A stretch of 39,121 nt of DNA from Limisphaerales bacterium (GCA_044225505.1 JBGAIN010000070.1:1-39121), one strand, 5' to 3'; counted from the stretch's first letter, positions 1-8,461 are shown. The notes: generated by a model from the sequence alone, not told the origin. Program-made: numbers and translations.

Positions 1-341
1 GGGGGGGGGGGGGGGGGGGGGGCCCCCCCCCCCCCCCCGCCCCCGCTCTGGGTGGCTTGAAGAGAAACTTTGTACGGATGAGGCAGCCACGCGTGGCGAT
101 TCCGCCCCCATGTCAGGACACCGGGCCGTTCATCAAAACGCCTCATAAGTCAAATGCGCGCGAAGTTTTGGAGGCGCTCCCAGAAAAATCGGCTGTTCAC
201 CGGAAATCGACGCGATACTGGGGGGGGCACTCTGCGCAACAAAACCCGATGTCTATCCGGCAACACAACCCAAATCGCTACCGCGCCAGATCGGCAGAAA
301 GTGCGATGTCAATGCGATCCGTAACAACTTGGGCACCCAGC

Positions 342-611
342 TCATTGAAGATTGCTCCAAGGAAGCTCGAGCCCGCGCGCCTTCATGGTCGTTTCGTAGG
401 CCGCTAAGTAGAATTGCAGCTTCTCCCGAAGTGTGCTTACTGCAGCGCTAAGATCTTCGCTCTGGCGTTGCCTGCTAAGCTGGTCTATCTCTTCGGCCAG
501 CTCCACGAGGACCTTCAAGGAATCGCCCTGGATAGCGACTGCGGGAAACTTGCGTCCGGGGATAGCCACCACGGCACAATTTGTCGCATCTGAGAGGATT
601 TCAGCATTCAT
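342..611 (-). CDS. Small (89 aa) candidate immunity protein for the upstream Rhs toxin tip; resembles DUF6959-type proteins as I recall them
   Basis: ATG at 611, 11 nt after the Rhs stop, same strand. Sequence EILSDATNCAVVAIPGRKFPAVAIQGDSL...YETTMKARGLELPW. The family name is from memory and needs an HMM check. Confidence 0.7.
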   Translation of the reverse strand: MNAEILSDATNCAVVAIPGRKFPAVAIQGDSLKVLVELAEEIDQLSRQRQSEDLSAAVSTLREKLQFYLAAYETTMKARGLELPWSNLQ

Positions 612-622
612 AACTTGTTAGG

Positions 623-2758
623 TTAAGGTCTTCGCTCTGGGCCTGTTTTGATTTTAATAGGCGGTCGTGGTTTAAATGGTATCGAAGGGCGCCCAGGAAG
701 GAGTGGGGGCCTAAATATGTCGATGCCGCGTCCACTACCAGTGCCCCGTGGCCCCCGAGGAAGGAAATACTCGGCAGAGTGGCGCACCCTTGCACTGCCA
801 CCTATAACGTAGTCATAATCCGCCCCTGGGCCAGCAGTTCCGGCAGCTCGGCTCCCAACAACGTTGACTTCAACCTCAAACTTGTCGGCAAATGACTGAA
901 TCTGCCGCACCTCAGAAGGAGTTAAACTTCCGAATGCACCCTTGGATGGTTCCACGCCGCCCCCGCCGACCCCACCTGCAGCGGCTGTAATGACGGCACC
1001 GTTGAGATCTGCCATGTCCTCGCCGACCCCCATCCCGACAAGGTTCGGCGCGCCGATCAGAAGCGCGTTGTAAGAATTTGGATCTCGCAACTCGATCGGA
1101 GGTTCCGAAGGTGGATGGGCCGCCTCGTACGCTTCCTTGGCGGCAAGTAGATCCTCGCCCGATATCGTCAATGATAGGAACTCGTCCGGGGCACTGAACA
1201 TGTTCCCCCACACTGACTCGCCCTCCCCGCCTATACCTGGCATTTTGCCGCCTGCGGTGGCATTTGCTCCGATTAGCGAATAAGCGGTTGCATCTGCATA
1301 CCGTATGAAACCATACCTCATTGCAACCGTTTGCTCGTCCGTGAACCAAAAATCCAACCCCCACGGGTCGAACAGATTCACCGGGCCATTGCCGACGTAG
1401 CCGTAAAGGTTGATCCCTCCCGCAATCCCACTCGGGTCCCTATTTGGCCACCTCTGTAAACTGGGATCGTAGAATCGGCGTCCGAAGTGATAGAGGCCCG
1501 TCTTCTCATCAAACCGCTTGGAGGAGAATCGGTGGGTGTTCGCGTCGGCCAGGGCGCCACTCTTGGCAATTGTGTTGCCGTAGGGATCGTAGAGGTATTT
1601 GGCGACTGGCCGCTGCGACGAATCGATAAGCATCGTCACGTTACCGTTGCCATCGCTGTGATAGTAGGCGTGGGGATCTCCCACCCCGCTCGCCTGCGTT
1701 GAGTTATCCGTTCGCGCCAGGAGTCCGCCGATACCGCCTGCCGCATCGCAGCACGTCGTGCTCAGGTCCAAGCCCCGCGTGTAGGTGACTTGGGGAACGT
1801 TGTTCCCATCGCGCTCCTGAATCACTAAACTTCCGTTATAGATGTAGCGAACCTCGCCAGCCGGCACGTATTGGTTGTTCTGATTGTTTGTCCAGTATCG
1901 GCGCTGAATCAGCCGTCCCAGTCCGTCATAGGCAAAGGTCACGATCCAATTGTAGCGCACCTCGACTGCGACCAATCGATCGTCCCAATCATACATGAAG
2001 TATCGAGTTCCATCGAAGGTGAGATTCCCGTTCGCGTCGTACTGATAGGTGCTGCTCGCCGGCAGGTTCGCGGTCACCACGTTGGTGTCACTCCGACCGA
2101 GCGAATCAGAAGCGATGGCGGTGATCGTGTTCGTCCCGTCGACCAAAGAAATACCACTGCGCGCGAACGTGTTGTCTCCGTAAAGGGTGGCCGAGGAGCC
2201 ATTTACCGTAACGCTACTGGCGGTGGAGGTCGTGCTCCCCGCAACGGTCAAGCTCGTGTTGCGAGTAACCGTGGACAATTCGTTCAAACTATTGTTGTTG
2301 TTGAACGTTTGCACCAGCGCGTTGTTCGTCCGATAGTTCAGGTTTCCAGCTAGATCATAGCCATAGCCGAGGTTCTCGTGCAAGCGCACGCTGCCCCCGG
2401 GTTCACGCCCGACCGCGGTCTTGAGTTGTCCGATATCGTCGTAGCCGTAGTCCACGTAACTGCCATCGACCCGGGTTTGACGCGTCCGTTGACTGGCATC
2501 GTTGAGAAGGTAGCTGTGCAGGTTGAGCAGCGCGTGACCGCTGGTTTTGAGCGATGTGCTCGTCAGCCGCGCCACATTGTCAAATGCGTTGGTGACGTAG
2601 GCGCCCCCTGGTAAAGTGATCTTGTTGATCAACGTCGCGGCGTTTTGGTAACCGTAAGTGAACGTCCCGGCCGGGCTCACCAAAATCTGCAATCGGTTCG
2701 CCCCATCGTAGCCTGCGGTTTGGACCCACGTCGGCGCATTCGGTTGAACCAGCGACAC
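623..2758 (-). CDS. Rhs/YD-repeat protein, 5'-truncated (orphan module), with Rhs core and a nucleotidyltransferase-like C-terminal toxin domain
   Basis: YD repeats (YGYDDIGQL, YQYDANGNL, FAYDGLGRL); core motifs YHSDGNGNV, YLYDPYG, GLYHFGRRFYDP, DPSGIAGGINLYGYVGNGPVNLFDPWGL (DPxGL at 1355-1369). The frame stays open upstream of the GTG to 2878 with no ATG and is closed by a TGA at 2879-2881. Confidence 0.9.
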   Translation of the reverse strand: MSLVQPNAPTWVQTAGYDGANRLQILVSPAGTFTYGYQNAATLINKITLPGGAYVTNAFDNVARLTSTSLKTSGHALLNLHSYLLNDASQRTRQTRVDGSYVDYGYDDIGQLKTAVGREPGGSVRLHENLGYGYDLAGNLNYRTNNALVQTFNNNNSLNELSTVTRNTSLTVAGSTTSTASSVTVNGSSATLYGDNTFARSGISLVDGTNTITAIASDSLGRSDTNVVTANLPASSTYQYDANGNLTFDGTRYFMYDWDDRLVAVEVRYNWIVTFAYDGLGRLIQRRYWTNNQNNQYVPAGEVRYIYNGSLVIQERDGNNVPQVTYTRGLDLSTTCCDAAGGIGGLLARTDNSTQASGVGDPHAYYHSDGNGNVTMLIDSSQRPVAKYLYDPYGNTIAKSGALADANTHRFSSKRFDEKTGLYHFGRRFYDPSLQRWPNRDPSGIAGGINLYGYVGNGPVNLFDPWGLDFWFTDEQTVAMRYGFIRYADATAYSLIGANATAGGKMPGIGGEGESVWGNMFSAPDEFLSLTISGEDLLAAKEAYEAAHPPSEPPIELRDPNSYNALLIGAPNLVGMGVGEDMADLNGAVITAAAGGVGGGGVEPSKGAFGSLTPSEVRQIQSFADKFEVEVNVVGSRAAGTAGPGADYDYVIGGSARVRHSAEYFLPRGPRGTGSGRGIDIFRPPLLPGRPSIPFKPRPPIKIKTGPERRP

Positions 2759-2886
2759 CGCTGCGCGAAGGTGGTTCGTGGTGTAGTCGTAGGTGATCTG
2801 ATCCGAACCCCACGTCCCCGTCTCCGATCGGATCGCGCCGAAGCTCGTGTAACTCCGCGCCGTCGCGAAGTTCAGAGATCAGCGCC

Positions 2887-2905
2887 CGGGGTCGGACCTG
2901 AGGAA
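2887..2905 (+). repeat. Left inverted repeat (CGGGGTCGGACCTGAGGAA) of the RAYT unit
   Basis: Exact reverse complement of 3845-3863; contains an internal GGTC-N-GACC palindrome. Confidence 0.9.
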
Positions 2906-3021
2906 GTTCTTGTGCTACGGCAACTTGTGAATCTCGTTATCGTTAACATCTGTCCTTAGGGCCCAGTTTGACCCCCTCGATCTGGCTTGCAAGCCAGCCG
3001 ATTTGAGCAAATGCTGAACCC

Positions 3022-3761
3022 GTGCCAAGGGCCAATCGCTATGTCGTTCCGGGCAAGCTCTACCATCTGACCCCTCGTTGTCACAACCGCCAGTTCCTTT
3101 TCAAGTTTGCTCGGGACCGGGATCAATACCGGCAGTTGCTCTGGAGAATCCTGCGGGAATTCCTGTGACGGTATTGGGCTATTGCATCACGTCCAATCAC
3201 ACGCACGTGTTGGCCAGGTCAGAGTCGGAGGGGGCGCTCAGCCGGTGGATGCAACAGGTCGAGGGCGAGTTTGCCCAAAGCTACAACCGGCGCAAGCACC
3301 GGAGCGGAGCTTTCTGGTCCGACCGCTATCACTGCACGATGATTGAGGAAGGCCCCCATCTTTGGAATTGCATGGTTTACATTGATCTGAACATGGTCCG
3401 AGCCGGGGTGGTGACGCATCCAGTCCAGTGGCCATGGTGCAGCTACGGCGAATGGATGGGGCAACGTCGGCGCTACGGAGTCGTCGATTCCACAGAGTGC
3501 CTGCGGGTGCTGGGTGGAGCGAGTTTGGAGGAGTTCCGGGCCAACTATCAAGCCTTGGTCGATACCAGGCTGGCCAAGGACGTTATGGCACGCGAGCCGG
3601 AGTGGACCGAAAGCATTGCCGTGGGGTCGCAAGCTTTCGTGGAGGCGATCGGTCAGCGGGTGACTCACCGCCAGCAGCTCCACTATACCACCGTTGGTGA
3701 GAATGCCTGGGTGGTGCGCGAAGAAATGCCCCCACTGTTCCCCCAAGCGGCTTTTCGTTAG
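3022..3761 (+). CDS. REP-associated tyrosine transposase (RAYT, IS200/Y1 HUH family), with one frameshift near 3160-3165
   Basis: GTG at 3022 gives MPRANRYVVPGKLYHLTPRCHNRQFLF...REF. A -1 shift continues PVTVLGYCITSNHTHVL (HUH), FWSDRYH, YIDLNMVRAGVV, WPWCSY. One extra C in TTCCTG would restore the frame. Confidence 0.88.
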
Positions 3762-3844
3762 AAGCAAAAGTGACCGGGTGAAAATCGCCTGCAAGCCCTT
3801 CAAAGACCACTCCAAATCCCCAAAACCGGCTGCACCAGAACAGA

Positions 3845-3863
3845 TTCCTCAGGTCCGACCCCG
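3845..3863 (-). repeat. Right inverted repeat (TTCCTCAGGTCCGACCCCG) of the RAYT unit
   Basis: Exact reverse complement of 2887-2905; imperfect similarity extends inward (GCACAAGAAC vs GCACCAGAAC). Confidence 0.9.
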
Positions 3864-4556
3864 CCAAACACAAATACCATATTTTACGAGGAGGCTGCAA
3901 CGATAGGCTCAGAAGACCGGCTTCACTGCCGATTTTAGCGCGGACCCTATTCTGTTACGGAGTTCTAACGCGAGATCTTTCAAAATTCTGAAACGAAGAT
4001 TTCGATCTGCCGCCTGGTCTTAGAGCCTCTCTGGCTGGAGTAAGGCCGGGCGCAAGAGCGCCATCGGTTTACGATTGCACGTCATCAAATAGAGTTGACG
4101 CGCGTTCGGTAGACTTTCCCTTTCGCGAGCCCGTGCGTGAAGAGGAGCGTCACGCGGACGCTTTGAGGGGCCTGAATCGGTTTGGCGATTGCGCTGCCCT
4201 ATGGGCCGCTGGCGTTATGTAGAACGGGTAGAATTAGCCAGGCCGTTTGCTGACCGCGACGGGCATTTTGCAGTGCTGCTCGCCGACGTTTGCCGAATGC
4301 CTTGGACGGGCTGGTTGGCGACTTGTCGCACATGCCCGGCGCAAATTGCTCTTGGAGTCCGTTGCACCGCCAATGCGCGCCGGACGACATACCTTCATCG
4401 CCGACCGTGGCTAGACGTGATGGTTCACAATCAGACGGGGAATCGGCGGCGGACTGAGGTGCGCGACGATTACGAGAACGAGAACGACGGTAGACTGCGA
4501 CGGAAACGTTTGGAGAATAGGTAGACACACGGTTGTCGACGCGTCTGGACGGAAAA

Positions 4557-4592
4557 GCGCCAGCGGTCTAGTGCACTCCAAGACGCTGGCGC
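4557..4592. repeat. REP-like intergenic hairpin
   Basis: GCGCCAGCG (4557-4565) pairs with CGCTGGCGC (4584-4592). CACTCCAAGACGCTGGCGCG resembles intergenic repeats I recall from verrucomicrobial genomes. Confidence 0.55.
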
Positions 4593-4901
4593 GCAAGGAC
4601 TAAGGTGCCTCTAAAACTCGTTTGCCGCACCACTGCAGTCTATGCCGTCTGCAAGCTGGCAACAATTTGTTGACAGAGTGTGAGACAAATCAACCAATGG
4701 ACGCATGGTTTGGGAACGGACCGTTCCCAAACCGAAGATCGGTGGTGACAAAAAGTCACCAGATCGGGCTGACGACCGTCGTTCGAAACCGGTGACCATT
4801 CCCAACCGATGACGAGTAAGCGAGGCGCCTCCGCGCGCCGGAAATCTACTGTCCCTTTGATATCGTATCTGATCGTCTCGACCCGATTTTCCGGAGAATC
4901 G

Positions 4902-4960
4902 CGACCTGGGAAGGTCGTGCAGCTACGATTGCACATTCCACGAGAGCGTGAGGTCGCCGG
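4902..4960. repeat. Dispersed repeat, copy 1 (REP-like hairpin CGACCT-GGGA-AGGTCG)
   Basis: Gapless alignment with 36386-36444: 16-bp identical core and 45/59 identity by manual count. A GTAG foot precedes the hairpin on the minus strand. Confidence 0.75.
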
Positions 4961-5928
4961 ATTCGAGGCGTTGACCTCGCGGTTCTGCCGCCCATTTCAT
5001 TCGGTCGATTAAGCCGGCAGACTATCCGCGCTTGCAAAATTTCCCAAACGCCCTCCTTAATGCCTGAATCAGCGCACGTTACACTCGGACTGGCAATTGC
5101 CGATCGGAGATGAAAAAGGCGTCTGGAAGACGGAGTTAGATTCCGCCTTGTGACTCGTCGGCGACCCATCGTTGGTTTAGATCGCGAGCCAGCGCGTCAG
5201 CATCTTGAATTGCCGGCAACCCGTCGTCGACGGAGGGTCTCACGCAGCCAGCTTCTTCGTTCCCTTCTGTTCAAAAACAGTTTGTTCTCTGTTCGGCCTT
5301 GATGCGGAACAGACGCAATCAGGAAAACCAACGTAGTCTTTTCCGAGAGTCAGCTTTTAACTTCGGGCCGAAGGCGTGGACCTCATCAGGCATGGGCAAA
5401 GAGGGTAAGCACTTGCCCTTGCCCTTCTTAAGAAATCTTGGTGTATCGGCGTGAAGAACGCATTCAGCCATCAACCCGAGATAGAGCGACTGGCGGGAGA
5501 TATGTCTCACATACCAGGAGCAATTTGCTCCGGGATTCGGTGGTGCCGTCGCGACGCGCGATTGGGACGATCCCGCGAATCCTCGATCGCCAGTTTTGGT
5601 TGGATGTGACGCCCCGCTGTGGGCGCGACGCAGGGCGGACGAAAGTGGGGGAGGACCCATACAATTACAAGGAGGATTACGATTCAAGGGAACACGGAAG
5701 CTGTTGGGGAATAGAAATATGCTGGGTTTCCGACGAGCCTGAACAGAAGAGCGCCAGAGTTATGGCAGATGGTCAGGCATGAGGCAATAGGACGAGCACC
5801 AGACGGCATAGCGGACTGCGCCTATGGAGCAGCAGTTCGCGAAAGGCCGTGTGGAAGACAAGCGTCAGCCAATCTCGAGCTCGTTCCTCCGGAGTGTTCG
5901 TCCAAAAAACGACCGCGTGGCACGGATA

Positions 5929-6054
5929 TTGATGCCGCTCCAGCCGGAGCAGATTCCCAAAGCGGGCGTGGTGAGCCGCTACAAACACCTCTTGGAGGTC
6001 GAGGACGCGTTTTGCCATTTGAAATCCTACTTGCGCGTGCATCGCATCCCCTGA
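5929..6054 (+). pseudogene. Remnant of a DDE transposase (IS1634/IS4-like)
   Basis: Translates to ...PEQIPKAGVVSRYKHLLEVEDAFCHLKSYLRV, matching the Y-x6-E-x6-K region around the catalytic Glu; the rest of the gene is not visible. Confidence 0.6.
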
Positions 6055-6107
6055 ACGAAGATTCTCTACGAGCGGTCTAAGTCCTGGTAAACATACCCTC
6101 TATACCA

Positions 6108-6620
6108 ATGAAACAGATCCTGGCGAGTTTCCTGGCCCTGACGATTGCAGTGCTGCTCCTTCGGGCTGAACCGACCCCTGACGAAAGCACGCTGACCAAG
6201 GTCGGCCAACCTGCCCCAAGCTTCACGCTGACTCCCTTGAATGGTAAACCTCTCGATTCGAAGGATTTCAGCGGTAAACTGGTTCTGCTCGACTTCTTTG
6301 CTACTTGGTGTGGTCCGTGCCTGGAAGAGATGCCGCACCTCGAGAAAGAGGTTTGGCAGAAGTTCAAAGACAAGGGTCTGGTATTGATTGCGGTCGGACG
6401 TGAGCACCAGAACTCCGAGTTGGCCGCGTTTCAGAAGAAGCACGGATTTACCTTTCCGATCGCAGGAGATCCTAAGCGCGAGGTGTATGGAAAATTCGCG
6501 TCGCAATACATTCCGAGAAATGTGTTGATTGGGAAAGACGGCAAGATCTTGTTCCAGTCGGTCGGATTCGACAAACCGGAATTCGAGCGCTTGATCCGGG
6601 CGATCGAGAGTGCGCTGTGA
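6108..6620 (+). CDS. Exported TlpA/ResA-family thiol-disulfide oxidoreductase
   Basis: Signal peptide; VGQPAPSFTL, GKLVLLDFFATWCGPC (CxxC), and a cis-Pro loop (IPRNVLI). Confidence 0.92.
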   Translation: MKQILASFLALTIAVLLLRAEPTPDESTLTKVGQPAPSFTLTPLNGKPLDSKDFSGKLVLLDFFATWCGPCLEEMPHLEKEVWQKFKDKGLVLIAVGREHQNSELAAFQKKHGFTFPIAGDPKREVYGKFASQYIPRNVLIGKDGKILFQSVGFDKPEFERLIRAIESAL

Positions 6621-6736
6621 AATGGAACCGGCGTCTATTCTTCGAGATAGCCTCATTCCGCAATACCTGAAACGCGGCGATTAATCTTCGTCGGTGCGGC
6701 CCGAATGGTTCGCGACTCATTCGGTGTTCATTCGGA

Positions 6737-6774
6737 GGTGACCCACTGGTAACCCACTTGGAGTGGGTCACCAG
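6737..6774. repeat. Inverted repeat/hairpin between convergent genes
   Basis: GGTGACCCACT (6737-6747) is the perfect reverse complement of AGTGGGTCACC (6762-6772); a near-duplicate arm sits at 6748-6758. No U-tract. Confidence 0.6.
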
Positions 6775-6861
6775 CGAAGGAAGAGCGAATGGCGGAAGGA
6801 ATTGAACGAGTGGTCCCAGAAGATAGGAGACGACTACTCTTGAACTAGCCAACGAGTAACT

Positions 6862-7434
6862 TTAACAGGAAGCGGCCGGAGGCTCGCAATCCGCCAAGAT
6901 CCAATCGGCGGCGCTCTTTAGGTCGTCTGAAATAATTGCGGCAGAACGTCCTGCGCGAACACTAGCTTCCATTTGGCGTCCATACCCAGTTCGGACCAGG
7001 AGAGGCATCCGGACTTCGGCGTTCCAACCGCATTCGACATCGATCAACTTATCTCCGATGACGTAGGATTGGGAGAGATCCACGCCAAATTCATCCCCGG
7101 CGTCGAAAAGAAACTGCGGGGATGGCTTTCTTCCACGGCTTGGCTGATCTGGGGCTTCGGGAGCGAAATAGACTTTCTGCAGGCGGACTCCGTCCTTTTC
7201 TAACAGGCTGAGGAATCGTTCATTAACTCGCTCGTAATCGGCGAGCGTATAGTAGCCGCGTCCGATTCCGGACTGATTGGTGACAATAAAGAGCTGGAAT
7301 CCTGCGTCTTGAAGGCGGCGTAGTGCGATTCCCGCTCCCGGGAAGAGCTCCACTTGCGCCGGGTCGCTCAGGTAATTCTTTTCGACAATAATCGTGCCGT
7401 CGCGATCCAGGAACACGGCTTTAGGCGCAATCAT
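6862..7434 (-). CDS. gmhB: D-glycero-D-manno-heptose-1,7-bisphosphate phosphatase (HAD IIIA)
   Basis: AVFLDRDGTI, VTNQSGIGRG, RKP, IGDKLIDV; ATGA overlap with the heptose kinase gene. Confidence 0.88.
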   Translation of the reverse strand: MIAPKAVFLDRDGTIIVEKNYLSDPAQVELFPGAGIALRRLQDAGFQLFIVTNQSGIGRGYYTLADYERVNERFLSLLEKDGVRLQKVYFAPEAPDQPSRGRKPSPQFLFDAGDEFGVDLSQSYVIGDKLIDVECGWNAEVRMPLLVRTGYGRQMEASVRAGRSAAIISDDLKSAADWILADCEPPAASC

Positions 7435-8447
7435 GAGCTTCGTCGTTGAAAACTCGCCGTCATCTCTTCAGGAGTGACAACGGCGGTGCCGACCTTGCCG
7501 ACCACCACGCCAGCGGCATGATTGGAGAAGATGGCTGCTTCAATCGGAGAGGCGCCGGCAGCAATCGCCAACGTGAATGAGGCAATGACGGTGTCGCCTG
7601 CGCCGGAAACATCGAACACCTCCTGGGCGACCGTGGGAATGTGGAACGGTTGCTGTCCTCGGCCACACAAGAGCATGCCTTGGTCGCCCAGGGTGATCAG
7701 GAGGAGTGCGGGTTGCAGCTTACTAAGGAGCAACTCGCTTACTTGGAGGAGCTTACCGTCTTTGAGGGGCTCGCAACGCTGGCCGCTATCCACGATTCCG
7801 GCAAGCTCAAAGGCTTCTTTGCGATTGGGTGTGATCAAAGAGAGGCCGGTCAGGTTGAGCTGATGGACCGGCTTGGGATCCAGGCTGAGCCAGAGACCGC
7901 GGGTCCGGCAGGTCTCTTTGAGATGATCGAGAAGCTCTTGCGTGACAACGCCTTTGCCATAATCGCCGACGATGACAGCCTGGCAGTCATGGAGCCGGGT
8001 TTCAATGCTCGAGAGGACCTGTTGGGTAGTTCGGTTGTCCACCTCATCGGTGGTTTCCCGATCAACTCGGACTAACTGTTGTCGATGAGCGATAATGCGA
8101 GTTTTAACGCTGGTCGGTCGGTGCCGGAGAGTGACCAAGGCATCGCAATCCACTTTGTCTTCGCGGAGCAGGCGCTGGAGAACGCGCCCATATTCGTCGC
8201 GACCGATCACGCCGGCCAGATCGCAGCGGCTGGCAAGGCTCGTCAGGTTCCGAGCGACATTCGCTGCTCCCCCGGGCATGCAGCTTTCCCGATCGTAATC
8301 GACCACTGGGACAGGCGCTTCGGGGGAAATCCGGCGCACGTGGCCCCAGATAAACTGGTCGAGCATGACATCCCCGACCACCAGGATGCGAGTGCTGCGC
8401 CCTTGCTGGAGGAGTTGACGGACGCGGGGTAAACGCAGGGTCTTCAT
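7431..8447 (-). CDS. rfaE1: D-glycero-beta-D-manno-heptose-7-phosphate kinase (stand-alone RfaE/HldE domain I)
   Basis: VVGDVMLD, RISPEAPVPVV, GGAANVA, DYGKG, TPNRKEA, VFDVSGAGDTV, AAGVVVGKVGTA. Confidence 0.93.
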   Translation of the reverse strand: MKTLRLPRVRQLLQQGRSTRILVVGDVMLDQFIWGHVRRISPEAPVPVVDYDRESCMPGGAANVARNLTSLASRCDLAGVIGRDEYGRVLQRLLREDKVDCDALVTLRHRPTSVKTRIIAHRQQLVRVDRETTDEVDNRTTQQVLSSIETRLHDCQAVIVGDYGKGVVTQELLDHLKETCRTRGLWLSLDPKPVHQLNLTGLSLITPNRKEAFELAGIVDSGQRCEPLKDGKLLQVSELLLSKLQPALLLITLGDQGMLLCGRGQQPFHIPTVAQEVFDVSGAGDTVIASFTLAIAAGASPIEAAIFSNHAAGVVVGKVGTAVVTPEEMTASFQRRSS

Positions 8448-8461
8448 TGCAGGGGGATTCC

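Larger units (their letters stand above)
2887..3863. mobile_element. RAYT-type (HUH Y1) transposase unit bounded by inverted repeats
   Basis: A perfect 19-bp inverted repeat at 2887-2905 and 3845-3863 encloses a single HUH transposase gene. Confidence 0.75.

Noticed and set aside
1..45. Run of G followed by a run of C (perfect-looking hairpin or G-quadruplex)
   Set aside because: Pure homopolymers at the sequence edge are a typical read or contig-end artefact; there is no supporting context.
3078..3160. N-terminus of the ORF-track 227-aa protein (MSQPPVPFQVCSG...)
   Set aside because: The real RAYT N-terminus (MPRANR...YHLT.RC) is in another frame from GTG 3022; this part is a frameshift by-product.
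4189..5782. Short ORFs of 60-122 aa in the gene-poor region
   Set aside because: No recognisable motifs, Arg/Pro/Ser-rich composition typical of non-coding GC-rich frames, and mutual overlaps.
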